This document shows, in pieces, positions 50,229 through 63,750 of a stretch of DNA of 64,000 nucleotides (positions are counted from its first letter, which is position 1; each line of letters opens with the position of its first letter). The stretch is from contig CM052818.1 in NCBI GenBank assembly GCA_028534125.1, positions 18,044,001 through 18,108,000 on the forward strand. Direction: 5' to 3'. The stretch is from Lama glama. Taxonomy: Eukaryota. Below the pieces are notes generated by a model. The model searched no databases. It was not told where the DNA came from and saw only the letters and a list, made by a program, of their open reading frames with translations. The position numbers and the translations under genes are program-made.

Positions 50229-51569
50229 TTTGGCTGATTTAGGAGAGCCTGGGGTGATTTCTGTATCAGTGCTCCTTGTGTGGGTGAGGAGTTTGAGCTA
50301 AAGCAGGAGTGATTTCTAGGTGCACAAAGAGATTGGCAGACTAGAGTAGAAACAGGGTCTCCTGCAGACCTGGGAAAGCCAGAGACAGGGTGGTTTGTGA
50401 GACTATCCGCCTGGGAGAGAGTTAAGAACCCTGGGATGTAATTCTGCTTACAGTGATATCATAGGATTTCCTTTGTGCTTTTGGTGTCTCATCTTAACAA
50501 GGATGGAAATGACCCAAGAATTTAGACATTCTTTCAACTCTAAAATTCTATTATTTGGAGGCACAAGATAAAGAGTATACAAAAGACTCAATGGAGAAAA
50601 ATATTATGCCAATATGAACCTTTGCAAAGTTGGCCTGATAGCTAAATTTTGTATTCAGCATCGCTGTGTTACTGGGTAAGAAGCAGTCCTCACATTTTTT
50701 CCCCCTAGAAGAACATTACTTCTGTCTCTTCCAGCAGTCATTATAATCTCAATTTAGGAAAACAAACAAACAATAGTAACTTTATATGGTTCATCTAGGA
50801 TTCAAACTGCCTTGGATGAAACTGAGAAAGAAAAAAGCAACATAAACTTCCCAGTTTAAGAAGCCTGTATGTAGTAAGTCCAGAGCCAACACACAGGCCA
50901 GCCCAGACAGAGTCAAAGTAGCTTGTTTGAAATGCAGTGTGCATAAAGATGACCACTAATTTGTGCTTTTCTAACTTGGGTCTTTGATTTGAATTTCCAG
51001 ATTTAAAACTAGATCTGCTTTTCTGCCTTCTAGCCTTCACTCCAGCCGCAAACTCCAAATCAAAAGTTCCATGTTCCAGAGGTATGGTTGAAGGAAAATT
51101 GTTGGGTAGGTATCAGCCAATCAGAAAGAAAACTTTATAACAGTTCCCCCAGCAGAAAATAAAACAAAGGTTTTGAACTTTTCTGTAACTGTGTAAGGAA
51201 TCAGGCAAACTTATTCACATCTGGTGGCCTCTATAAAAGATGATACTAGGGTTAAAAATAAGAAGGTACTTACATACTTGATTTGAAATTCTATCCAGCT
51301 GTGGGTTTGTACAGACCTCACTGCTATAAACACTTACTTACTTACTTTCCAAGTAAAGTCCCTGGAAAATCAGTATATCAATTAAATTTGTCTACCAGCT
51401 ACCCAGACTCATGATCTATCCTGATCTTTAACCTTACCCAGCCCTTCTGGGATATGGTAACCAGGACTGGCTCTCCCCGTGTCATTACTAAATACCAGTG
51501 TTACCCTCACCAAGGGTATGTTTGCTTCTATAGATCCATCTTTGAAAACCAGAATATGGGGAAAAATGT

Positions 51570-51760
51570 TGCTTTTCATCTACTGTTTACCAAGCACTGC
51601 CGTATACATTATCTCGTTTAATCTTCACAGCATCCCTAAAAAATAATGGCATATAGGAAACTGAAGTCCCAGTGAGACTAAACTACTTGTCCAAATTTTC
51701 TTATTTATTAAATGAAGGAACAAATATTCAAACCTATTCATTCTAACTACAAGTACACAC
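51570..51760 (-). mobile_element. MIR SINE
   Basis: 'tacattatctcgtttaatcttcacagcatccct...ggaaactgaagtcccagtgagactaaactacttgtccaa'. Confidence 0.8.
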
Positions 51761-53659
51761 TTCCTCCTTCTGGATCCAAATATCTCCCTATATTATTGGA
51801 GCTTCCATTTGCAAAAAGCACACTCAAGGAATCTTTAAAAGGTGACACTTTAATTGAGGGATTTGAATTTAGGATCCAAAATAGCTTTGGGTACTTGTTT
51901 TCTCCATCTCTCCCAGTACTCATGAGTTCCCTCATTGAATGGCTTCTCAATGGGTGTCTCCTCTCAACCAGAAAATCTTCTAAAATTCTCCCATCAAAAT
52001 TCTATAGGCACCTGACCTAATTAGCTAGCTATTAACCCAAACTATCATTCTTATAATGACCTTTGCATCAGGACACTTATTGACTTATTGATTAGCTTAT
52101 GGGTGGGGGCTCCTTGGGGAAGTATCCACTCTTGGTCTAATCAGTGGCAGCCCCAACCCCCAACCCCAGCAAAGTTTCTTATCTTAGGCAGGGACTGTGG
52201 GTGGAATTGTTTCAGCCAAAAATGCATTCTGGACACAGAGAGCAACAGCCACCATGCCTGTGTACACTAAAGCTTTGTTAGAGACACGAGAAACCAGCTA
52301 GAGGAAGACAGGGCATCTGATGCCCCTGTGTCCCCTGAAATCACATATGTGCACAGCTGACCATCTCTGTGAGCGCCTCCAGGCAGTCTGTTTATGTAAG
52401 TAGGTTAATGGATGACCTCACACCCCTTGTCTTTGCTATATTCTGCTTTTTCCTCACCCTAGAGCCCTTTAAATCATCTATGCACTTAAAGCACATTCAC
52501 CATATCCATAACATAGACATTTTTTATGTATGAGCTAATAAAGCATAATATATAAGAATTAATCCTAAAAAAACCTTTTATTGATTTCTTTGTTGCCATA
52601 GGGTGTCGTTATTGTTTTAAACTAATATGCTTACATAGTCTTTGCCTGAAAGCTGTCTTTGATTCATTTTGCTCTGAGAAGTAAACCCTCTCTTATAATC
52701 TAATGAATACCATAAATCTAACATGCTAATGATTGGATCTTTATCTTGATAAACTACAACATTTTAAGAAATTAGATCAAAACCTGTGATTCTGCTAGAT
52801 TGAAAAATGGACAGTTTATCTTTTCAAATGCTTCCAACTGACTCATTTCTCCCTGAAATTCTATTATTGTGACTCTAAATGCTCCCCCTTTAAAAGTGGC
52901 ATTCCACTATCTCGCGTGTGTGTGAGGTGTTCTAACATGGGCAGGTAAGTGTGCCTATCTAGGTGCCACATGGCCACTGTAAATCTCCACATCTTTGTCC
53001 CTACCATGTACCAGAAGTAGCTGGAGTTGCATTTGCTTCTATATGGTTCTCCATGACTCTTTTTTTCTTCTTTCTCTTTTCTGTCTCTGTTGACCCTTGA
53101 ATTTGGTATCCACCCTGATTCCTTCCATATTTTGGTCACATAAACACAAACATGTATGCTGTGCCACACTTCCCTCCACACACACACCTCTCCCGTAAAG
53201 AGAAAGCATTGAATACCATGGCTGTCCTTAATAATGAGGACCCATGAGATCTCAGTGGCCTCCCAGAGAGGTGGTGGCTTGCTGTGGTGCAATGTTCTGC
53301 AAATTGTGGTCTTGGTCTTTGAGTTCTACAGCACTACCCCAGAGACTTCAAAGGGGGGAATCTCGAGCAGAAAGGACTCACTCTCTCACTTATCCCCACA
53401 TCGAATAAGAGTTTAAAAAAAAAACTTTTTAAAATAGGAATTTATCTTAGGATGCTTTCCCAGAACCAGACTCTGAAATGGAGATTTCATGTAAAGTAAA
53501 GCGCAGGCAAAGTGGTTCCAGCCTGATGCATGTCCTTCAAAGAAAGCCCTAGGTGTGAGTTGTTAGGGAAAGAGCCCTCTAGCAAGGGAAGGCACGGAAA
53601 TGGTAAAAGGGACCCAAGGGATCCAGGCACAGCAGCAATGGTTCCCTCATAGGCTTCCA

Positions 53660-54372
53660 TCCTGTTAAATCCCCAGATACATCCAGTCTTCATTTCACTT
53701 TATTTCTCAGAGATATTCCAACTGACCACTTCCATTTTGAACCAGTCTTTTCCATTGGCTGCTTCTGTAACATTGTTGTCTCTTCATCTTTTTCCTGCTC
53801 TCATCCATGCATTTTGCAAGCTCATCTAACTCTACTCTGACCATTCATTTTGGAGTTCCACAAGGCTTTGTTCTGGGCACTCTTCCTTCCTTATACTTGT
53901 TTGTCTTTGATCACATCCCATAGGTTTAAATTTCTCTCATAGGCAGATGTTTTAAATGTTGATCTATCCAAACCAGACTGTCACCTTAATTTCCAGATAT
54001 ATGGTGACTAAAGTTGTCCTCTTTTATTCTTATATCATAAACCAAATATATCCCCAAATCATGATCATCCTCTGAGAATCATAAATCTTTCCTGTCTTCT
54101 CAGTGCCGCCACCATCCGTCAGTCTATGAAAGTCTGAACCAATGCTATTTCTAAACATTCTCCTATCCTGCTCACCTACCTCCTAAATACATCTCAGACC
54201 TGTCCTCTTCAACATCTATAAAACTACCTCCATAGTCCAAACTTCTATAATCCCCTGCAGTACTACTTACTAGCCTATTAACTCGTTCAACTCCTTCTCT
54301 CACCAATCCAGTGTTTCTTCCCCAGTAGACTGCAGTCTCTATGAAGCCAGACACCATGCTTACCTTGTTTCA
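53660..54372 (+). mobile_element. L2 fragment (preceded by a short ERVL/MaLR-like LTR piece at ~53440-53650)
   Basis: 'tggagttccacaaggctttgttctgggcactcttc...tcccataggtttaaat...taggcagatg'. Confidence 0.7.
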
Positions 54373-55553
54373 TTAGATAAACTTTGTATTTTAAAACTGT
54401 TTAAATTTACAGAAAATTGCAAAGATAGGACAAAGAATTCCCATAAACTCTTCACCCAGTTTCTACTATTATTAACATTTTACATTAGAATGGTAAATTT
54501 TTTTCAATGAATGAACCCATATTGATACATTATCTTTAAAGCCCATGGTTTATTCATATTTTCTTTGTTTTTACTAACATCATTTTTCCATTCTAGTGTA
54601 CCTTCCAGGATATCACATGACATTTAATCATGATGTCACCTTAGACACTTTTTGGCTGTGACAATTTCTCCGACTTTCCTTATTTTAGTGACCTTGATGG
54701 TTTTGAGGATTACTTGTCAGGTTTTTTGTAAAATATCTTTCAGTTGGGATTTGCTTCAAATTTCTAATATGATTACACTGAGGTTATGGGTTTTGGTGGG
54801 GGAGGAAACCCATAAAGGTGGAGTTATTTGCATCCCATCAAATCAACGCTATGTATTACCCACATGACTAACGACAGTTGATGTTGACCTGGATCACCTT
54901 GACTAAGGACCTTGTATCAAATTTCTGAACTGAACTCTAAAGTCATTCTTGTCTCCCCTTTTCCATGCTGTACTCTTTGGAAGGAAACCACACAACGTAT
55001 AGCTCACACTTAAGGATCAGAGAGTTATGCTCCATCTCTTTGAGGGTGGGGTAGCTATGTAACTGTTTGGAATTCATCCACTTAGGAGATGTCTCTTCTC
55101 ATTTATTTATTCATCTATTTATATTAGTATGGACTCATGGACAGTTATTTTACACTTAGGGTTATAATCCAATACTACTTTATTATTACTCAATGTTTCC
55201 ATCTTTGGCCACTGGGAGCTCTTTCAAGTTGGTTCCTGTGTCCCTTTGACAGTATCTCCACCACTGCGTTTTTTTCCCCTTTGAGCACTTCCGTATTTCC
55301 AGGCACTACAAGACCTATGCTTATCTTGTATATTTTCTGCCCCACTCCTAGTATCAGCTATTTCTCCAAGAAGCCCTGCTTTCTTTCATTGTAGCACGGT
55401 ATTAGAAAAAAAAGATCTGAGAGCTAGATGTGCTCATTGTGCCTGAAATATCCTTATTTGAGGATGTTTCCACTGGGAGAGCAAGGGGATATGTATGTGT
55501 ATACTAACTAGTGTATATACACATATCTATAGACATTTTTATATTTATACTAC

Positions 55554-55598
<45 letters not shown>

Positions 55599-55955
55599 CA
55601 TCCATCCATCTATCCATCTATCCATCTAGATATAGATCCATCTGTATTGATAGTAAGTGAAACTTGAGTTCATACTGATGTCTCCAACTCTCATCTACTA
55701 TGGCATGGATCATTATAGAATTCTCCTCATGCAGATCTGTAAACTCCCACTACCTATCATCCATTTAGTACTTAACTCTTCCATTTCAGCATACTTGCAG
55801 AGAATTATCCGAATTTTTAACCCATGCTAGAGTACAGTGCTTATGTGCAGTTTCTTTTGCCTTCAGTTTTACAGACTCCACTCATTTCCCAAGTTACTTA
55901 GGGCAGCACCTGTATCTCCCACCCTCCATGAGGACATTTTTCTCATTATTCTCAC
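54373..55955 (-). mobile_element. L1MC1/2-like 3' UTR with an internal (TATC)n/(CATC)n microsatellite at ~55552-55628
   Basis: 'ttaaatttacagaaaattgcaaagataggacaaagaattcccata...ttccaggatatcacatgacatttaatc...cagctatttctccaagaagccctg'. Confidence 0.85.
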
Positions 55956-56057
55956 TACAGATTGACACCATCCTTACCATAGAGTAAGGGACCAACAGGT
56001 AATTGCTGCGTGGTTGCAAGAATGAAAGTATTTAATTTGAAAACTTTCAATTGCTTA

Positions 56058-56132
56058 AGAGAAAGGAAGGAGGAGGAGGAGGAGGAGGAAGAGGAGGAGG
56101 GAGAAGAGGGGAAGGAGAAAGAAGACAAAGCA
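56058..56132. repeat. (GAG)n purine-rich simple repeat
   Basis: Directly visible. Confidence 0.95.
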
Positions 56133-56534
56133 GAGTGAATTCCCACTCCACCACTAATTATGATTCAATCACTGTCCTAATATTATAAACAGAGAGGCTA
56201 GGCTGCTACATGGTGATAGGTCAGTAGGCTTAAAAACTGGGGAAATGGGACATAAACATGGATATTTTCAGTAACTACTTCTGCTATAGTTATTTCTTAC
56301 TCGTTTGGACTGTTACTTAAATATCTGTGCAATAATAATAGAATTCAGCTTATCCTAAGTATGCTGCTCTGTGATCTCAGGCAAGTTATTTAACCATTCT
56401 TAGCCTTGGTTTGGGGGTTTCTTTAAGGCTTAAACCACCAATGTTCTGAGCAGGCTTTGAGAATGTCTTCTCGAGATGAATGTGACTGTATGCTACTTAT
56501 TTCCAAACGCACAGCCCAAGTCCCTCTTTCCTGA

Positions 56535-56624
56535 GTAAGTTATTTGCAGAAACTTAGTTTGTTCTTCCTACCCTTAAAGGTAAATTATTTGCAGAAACTT
56601 CGTGTGTTCTTCCTACCCAAAAAT
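56535..56624. repeat. 45-bp tandem duplication (2 copies)
   Basis: gtaagttatttgcagaaacttagtttgttcttcctaccc vs gtaaattatttgcagaaacttcgtgtgttcttcctaccc (3 mismatches in the first 39 bp). Confidence 0.95.
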
Positions 56625-57239
56625 GGTCTCAAGTCATGCTTTCCCTACTAATGTCTCTTGTTGCATGTTCCTTTCATAATTAAAACAGATTTTCATTTCA
56701 CACAGTGACCTCTGGTATGAGTGACAAAGCAACTAACCTGGAAGCAAAGTTTGCCCTCTCCCTCTGTGTCAGGCACTGGCGCTCGGTGCTTTAAAGGCAT
56801 CATGCTCTCTTAGTCCTGCTGCCAACTCTGATTTGCTTGCAGATGTCATCCACCGTTTTCAGATGGAAAGAAACCACGAACACACATCCACACACGTAAA
56901 CTAGCTATAGAGACCTTTTGTAAATTGCCCACCAGGTAGATGGCAGTGCACAATTCTGAATACCTGACTCTGAAACCCAAGCTTTTGACTGCTTAGACAT
57001 GTCCTTTGAGATAGGTGATGATTTACATCAAAAGTGTTAATAACTAGAAGGGGCATGGAGCCAAGGTTATAGAGCTGGTGTATGAAACGGCAAAACGACA
57101 CTAGGAGCACAGTGGATATCAGACACTGTAATGTCACATACTGTAAGGGAAACCGCTATTAGTATTTCCATATTTTAAAAGAGAAAGATAAGACTTACAA
57201 GTCTAAGAGACTTGCCAAAGCTGGCTCTGACTCCTATCC

Positions 57240-57412
57240 AGGTGGCTTCCTGTGGCCCAGATGCCAACCTCAGAATTACCTGGAAAGGTCTATTTGAAAC
57301 AAACAGGTTGTAACACAGTAGATCTAAATCTACGTGGGCCTGAAGACCTACATTTTTAAAAGGTCCCCACCAGGTGATTCTGATGTATTTCCAAGTATAC
57401 AAGCATCATGCA
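57240..57412. mobile_element. MER5A-like MITE
   Basis: 'tcagaattacctggaaagg...tacatttttaaaaggtccccaccaggtgattctgatg'. Confidence 0.75.
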
Positions 57413-58062
57413 CACTTAGATTTTCCTGATAGAGAGGTCAGCCACATTTATAATAGTAAAATGCCAGGCCAGTGTCGGTTCCTCAACTTAGTCGCCTACT
57501 TAAAAGTACTGGCTATCCACCTCTCTCTTCTCTGCAAACTCGAACAGCTTCCGAAACCCACGCATACCTTGGGTGACAAGAACACTTGCTTTCCAAACAA
57601 GATCCCAGCCCCTGACTTACTCTGAGGCAACAGAGAGGCAGAGGACACCCTGGGCCTGGCCCTCAGGCTCTTGGTATCAGTGCCCTGTCTGTAGGGTTCT
57701 TGTAGACTAAACCAATGTTTTGTTTTGTTTTTTCTTTTTAAAGCTGAGATAGATTATGAAGGCTTGCTTGGTAGTGATCTCTTTACCCTACTCCTTATGC
57801 TGCCCTCCCCTGCTGCCTACCATGTTTTCTTCCTTTCACTTAATCCGTCCTGACCTCAGCAAAGTCAGTTCAAGCAGTCATTTTTCTCTTTCATCAAAAT
57901 ACTCCCTACCCTAGAGATATTTATAACCTAGCTTTTCTTTACTCTCAGCTTTTCACCATCCATTTATTCAGTAAATCAAAAAATATATTTTAAGTACCTG
58001 TTATGTTCCAGGTGTTATTTTAAGAGCTGAGAAGATAAACCAAACCCTACAGTGTTACAGTG

Positions 58063-58064
<2 letters not shown>

Positions 58065-58096
<32 letters not shown>

Positions 58097-58105
58097 TATA
58101 CACAC
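58065..58105. repeat. (CA)n microsatellite
   Basis: Directly visible. Confidence 0.97.
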
Positions 58106-58959
58106 GTTTGCTTTGGCCATGGCATCTCAGTACGAAGTCCCACATATACAGAGTTCCATTTTCTGGACCTTTCCTGAATTCTGCCCTTTCCCCTCTATCT
58201 AAACTAATCCATGGTGGGTCTTATCTCCCACTGGAAGATAAGCCAATCAAATGGATTAATCCCAGCTATGGTATCAATTACTGATAATGAAGTACTAAGT
58301 CAGTACTCCCGGATAACTCACATTTCATCATCAATTCCTCTTATCCAAATTGCCTGCACTCTGACAAAATATGGAGTGCACTTTGCATCCAGGGGAGACT
58401 CAACCCTCCTCAAACCACCATGACATGCAGCCAGCTCCTTCATTCCCCAGATGCATGGGAATTTGTATCTGCAAGCATCTTGTTCCTTCCAACCTAGAAA
58501 TCACAAAGTTGATGGCTCTACTCTGACTCATCATATGTAGTTTCACCTAGTTTATATTTCCGCATAAATTTGGAGCTATTTTAGTGTGCTTTTTCTGCAG
58601 TTTTTCCTTACAGTTTTCCCCTTGTCCTTCTGGTTAGATAACTCATCCATGCACCCAAGTGTGAATCTGGAAAACAGAAATTGCAGAAGGGTTTTTTTCT
58701 TCCTGACTCTGCAATAGGACACAAAAGCAGGGCACTGACCTCACTGACTCTGGCATAAACCCAGCCAGGAAGAAATTTTGTTAAAGGAATGCCCCCTACC
58801 AACTTCCCAGAGACAACAGCTTCCTACCTCGTTGTGAGTGTGTTTTTCAGATTTATTCCTAAGAACAGGACCCCATAGGACATCAAGAGTAAAAACTGCA
58901 GACCATCTCAGAGGGAATGGGAGTAGGAATGCCAACAACAGGGAGAGAAGAGTCCTACA

Positions 58960-59462
58960 AGGAGACGGCGTGTGATCAAGGCAAATTTTAGGCTGCCTGT
59001 CATTACGCTCTGCAGTATAAAAGGCAAAGTGACCTGCAAGGTTGCACAGGACCTGCCCACTCCACCTCCAGTTACCTCTCTGCCCCCATCTCTCCCACCC
59101 TGCTGCTCGTCCACTCTGGCCTTCCAGGTTCCTCCAGGGGAGATGGCATGCACTTTGCACATGCTGTTCTTGCTGCCAGAAGTTTTCTTTACCAGTTGCA
59201 ACCCTGTCCCACCCCAGCACGCTCTAGCCTCCATTCTTCTTTATTACTTTCCATTACAGCCGTCTCCCTTTAACTCAGTGTCTGCGCATTTTACTTATAG
59301 CTTGTGTATTTTCAATCTCAACTCATAGGTTGAGATTGAAACTCATAATTCCATGGGGAGAGGGATTTTGCCTGTTTTGTTTAATGCTTTTTCACTAACA
59401 ATTAGAACAGTGCTCAGCACCGAGGACATAAACTCAATATGAATTTGCAGAATAAACAAACA
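58960..59462 (+). mobile_element. L2 3' end
   Basis: 'ccactctggccttccaggttcc...ctttgcacatgctgttc...ttccatggggagagggattttgcctgttttgtt...agaacagtgctcagcac...ctcaatatgaatttgcagaataaac'. Confidence 0.85.
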
Positions 59463-59864
59463 GGTTTGCTGTGACTGGCTCTGCAACTATGATTATGTTA
59501 AAAACAACAACAACAACAATAACAACACTTAATTCAGTGTTTCTATTCTGGTGCTAACAGATGTGAACAATGTCATATGGACAGGGCATTGGCTAACATT
59601 GAATCATATTGTAAAAAAAAATTTATTCTCTTTCCATTTCTTCTGATTACATAAAGAATAAGACTCTTCTGGGACTAAATTGTCATGAACACTTAATGGT
59701 TTCCTTTAGTAAGCTAAAAAAAAGGTCAAGCCTCAGGCTTAAATGCTTAGATCCTTGGTAGGCAGCTGAATCTGGCTGAAATTTAATAACAAAAATAGTT
59801 TTTTTTTAAGTATTTATTTAGTTATTTTATTTAGTTAGTTATTCTAAAGTAGCTGTTTTCCATA

Positions 59865-61070
59865 TTTTTTAATTTTTTAATTTTTTAACATTTTTAAATT
59901 GAGTTATAGTAATTTTACAATGTTTTGTCAATTTCCAGTGTAGAGCACAATTTTTCAATTATACATGAACATACATATATTCATTGTCACATTTTTTTTT
60001 CTGTGAGCTACCACAAGATCTTGTAGATATTTCCCTGTGCTATACAGTATAATCTTGTTTATCTATTCTACATATGCCTGTCAGTATTTACAAATTTTTA
60101 ATTCCTAGTCTGTCCATTCCCACTCCCTACCCCATGGCAACCACAAGTTTGTATTCTATGTCTATGAGTCTATTTCTGTTTTGTATTTATGTTCTTTCTT
60201 TCTTTTTTTTTTTTAAGATTCCACATATGAGCAAGCTCATATGGTATTTTTCCTTCTCTTTCTGGCTTACTTCACTTAGAGTGACATTCTTCAGGGACAT
60301 CCATGTTGCTGCAAATGGCATTATGTTGTCGTTTTTTATGGCTGAATAATATTCCATTGTATAAATATACCACATCTTCTTTATCCAGTCATCTGTCAAT
60401 GGACATGTCTTGGCTATTGTAAATAGTGCTGCTATGAACATTGGGGTGCAGGTGTCTTTCTGAAGTAGGGTTCCTTCTGGGTATATGCCCATGAGTGGGA
60501 TTCCTCAGTCATCTGGTAAGTCTANNNNNNNNNNNNNNNNNNNNNNNNNNNNNNNNNNNNNNNNNNNNNNNNNNNNNNNNNNNNNNNNNNNNNNNNNNNN
60601 NNNNNNNNNNNNNNNNNNNNNNNNTGAATGATGGCCATTCTGACTGGTGTGAGGTGATACCTCATTGTAGTTTTGATTTGCATTTCTCTGATAATAAGTG
60701 ATATTGAGCATTTTTTCATGTGCCTATTGATCATTTGTATGTCTTCCTTGGAAAGTTGCTTGTTTAGGTCTTCTGCCCATTTTTGGATTGGGTTGTTTGT
60801 TTTTTTCTTATTAAGTCATATGGGCTCCTTATATATTCTGGAGATCAAGCCTTTGTCAATTTCATCTTTTGCAAAAATTTTCTCCCATTCCATAGGTTGT
60901 TGTTTTGTTTTGTTTATGGTTTCCTTTGCTGTGCAGAAGCTTGTAAGTTTAATTAGGTCACATTTGTTTATTATTGCTTTTATTTCTATTGCTTGGGTAG
61001 ACTGCCCTAGGAGAACATTTCTGAGATGTATGTCAGATAATGTTTTGCCTATGTTTCCTTCTAGGAGGTT
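59865..61070 (-). mobile_element. Young 5'-truncated L1 (same family as 22535-24043); inactive
   Basis: ORF2 C-terminus on the minus strand (GIYPEGTLLQKDTCTPMFIAALFTIAKT..; [16 protein letters not shown]). The 3' UTR matches 23730-24010. T-rich tail and an imperfect TSD around 'ttccat..tttt'. Confidence 0.96.
60525..60624. other. Assembly gap (100 N) inside L1
   Basis: Run of N. Confidence 1.
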
Positions 61071-63154
61071 TGCTTCCATTTTTTAAATTTAATTTTTATT
61101 GTCAAGTAATACAATGATAAAATTTCTCTCCTTAAATTTTCATTTATGGAAAGAAAATAAGAACAAAAGAGAGAAAGAAAGAAAAAGGGGAAGGAAGGAA
61201 AAAAGGGAAAGAGAGAGAAAGGAAGAATGAAAGAAAAAGAAATAGAAATTGATTGACTTACAGAAACAGTTTTAGGTGGTGCATAGATTCTGCAAAAAAA
61301 AAAAATTGGTAAAGATGGTATAGCAATCATTAGGGTTTTGAAAACATGTTCCCTATTGAATATACATAATCCTATCCCTGGGAGGACACAGGAGGCATGT
61401 CCTTTGGAAACTGATCTCTGCTAGCAGTAGCAACCCAGAACCCCAGCTGAACACGCAGTGCACGGGCACTTCTTCCAAATGAATGGTCTGAGATAGCCCC
61501 TGGGTGCCAACCAGGTCCTGGGAAGGCTACATGGAAAGAAAAGCAAGCATTAAAAGGAGACAAAATTTTTGTCTCTTCTCAGTATCCTCTGTTAAGTTGC
61601 CATGGATGTTTTTAGAAAATGGAAAAATAGAGTAGAACTGTGCACATTCAGGGGGCTGCTTCAAGGAGAGCCCCAGAGGATGGCGTGTCACTTCACCATG
61701 CAGTGAATGACAGTGCAGAGCCCCCTCCCAATCAGCTTGTGTGTTTCATCCCCTCCATGGTCTGTACAAGGACGCTGACGGGCCCCTGGTCCTGCCTGAC
61801 CTCATCTTACCCTCCGAATGCAGCACAGCAACTTGCTGATTGCCGAGTCCCCCCCCGGAGACACAGACAGACTGCATCTTCGACTAGGAGCACTTGTCAT
61901 TTTGAAAAAATAAAAGCCACAGACATATTTGTACCATAAAGAAATTACAACAAGAACAAACCAAATCCTTCTTATCTTTCATTGTGCATTTGAATGCAAT
62001 TTATTTTCATTTTTATATTTTAAGGGGAAACTGTTGGAGATTTGATGGTTAGAATAGAAATGAAGTACAAAACATATTGCTTTTTTTTTTGTTTCCTTCC
62101 CCACAGAGCTGGAGGGATGAATGTCTTTGCCTTCAGATCTGAAATTTGTATTCTTTACTATCTGGGAAGAAAATACAGGATAATGTCCATTTTGCTGCCT
62201 TTTCTCTCATTTTGTTTATCCTTGCAAGTAGAATTTTGAAGAAAAATGAAACTCATTAATCTTTAGTAATTTATTTCTCCCCCGTTTAAGTCCTTTAAAA
62301 GGCATATTACTATAAGTGACCTTGTATTTCTTTTAAAAATCTGAATTATTCTCGGTCCTTTTAAAGCTGAATCGGTCACTGAGCTTAGTTCAGTCTCATA
62401 GGATTATTCCTCATCCTCCTTTCCACCTGTGCTCCAAGGAGAACTTCTGCATTTCTGGGAGACTCCCCACGTGGGAAGGAGGCAATGGGTCTGGAAGCCA
62501 CAGATACCAAGGTTCACCTTCCTCATGGGATCTCTTGATAAGGACTTCTTATAGGACAAGTAACATCTCCTGTGCACGATGAGGTATGACTCTGTTAAGG
62601 AAATCTGTGGTTTTCCTTACAACCACCATGTCAACTGCAAATTAAACCAGATGTTATCTTTTGTCAGTCTTAAACATCCAAGGATATTGGCAATGACTGA
62701 GAATTAAGTTTTGAAAGGAAAAGAAGACCACTGATTTAAAATCAGAATAAAGCAAATAGGAATTGATAAGAATGTGGGAAGATGGCTGACCTGGGCTCTG
62801 ACAGCCTCTTCAAGTCTCCTCTGACCTTTAGCCTGTGTATAACCTTGGCCCCGGTTAACCCAAACAAATAATGAGTTCCCTTAGTGAATTGCAAGGTCAG
62901 GATACAATCCAATGTCTATCCCCTCAAACAGCCTTCCCATGTCATTCTTGACAATATTCATTTACTCATATCCTCCACCAGATAGAGTAATACCATATTG
63001 CCCCACTGTATTCTTTCCCTTCCTATTTGGCATTCCATAACATTCTGTTTGGAAATAATTATTTATATGTTTCCCCTTTCCTTCTTACTATCTAGAGGTT
63101 CTATCTATATTCTTTAGCAATCCATCCTCCAATAGACAGCTCATATGCCACAGA

Positions 63155-63327
63155 ACAGGAATACTGACATTTTGTAGGGGGTCTGTCCTGCACTATAACA
63201 TGTTTAGCAGCATCTCTGGTCTCTACTCACTAGATGAAGCAACTGACCCATTGTTGTGATCATTAAAAAAAATAAAATAAAATGTCTCCAGAGCTTGGAG
63301 AAAACTGCCCTGGTTGAAAACCACTGC
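63155..63327 (-). mobile_element. MER20
   Basis: 'ctgtcctgcactataacatgtttagcagcatctctggtctctactcactagatg...aatgtctccaga...ctggttgaaaaccactg'. Confidence 0.85.
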
Positions 63328-63399
63328 CTTGGGGGAAGCCAATCTTCCTTCTAGCTCTCCTAGCTCCACTGATGGGACTAATTTTCTAAAAGTAAATCT

Positions 63400-63750
63400 C
63401 ATCACTTTGCCAGTGATTGTTTCAGGAAAGAGCATGCGATCACATTTGGGCCAGTAAGACCGGAGTTGAGGTCTACTGCATTTTTTCTGGGAAAGTTCTT
63501 TATTCCAAGAGAGGCTTTGAAGACAATCATCACTCTCGCCTTCTGAGCATCATTAGGTTAAGGTGGGATGGGGACTGCTGCAGCCACCTTGCTACTAGTC
63601 TGAGGACAAATATAATACACAGGGTAGAACAGCAGAGCTTCCCAAGAGACTCCTGGAGAAAAGCAGACAGAGCCACTGGGTTAAGTCTTCTGGGTATGTG
63701 AGAGAATCAATTTCCTAACTGCTTAAATTAGTTTCTGATGGGATTTCTCT
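63400..63750 (+). mobile_element. Old MaLR LTR (MLT1J-like)
   Basis: 'catgcgatcacatttgggccagtaagac...ctgctgcagccaccttgcta...tatgtgagagaatcaatttcc'. Confidence 0.65.

Noticed and set aside
52311..52325. Inverted repeat gggcatc-t-gatgccc, and a similar short hairpin at 34129-34157
   Set aside because: Stems of 7-8 bp are expected by chance in 64 kb and are too short for a miRNA precursor.
58741..59328. Overlapping ORFs of 108-159 aa
   Set aside because: They lie largely within an L2 fragment; chance open frames.
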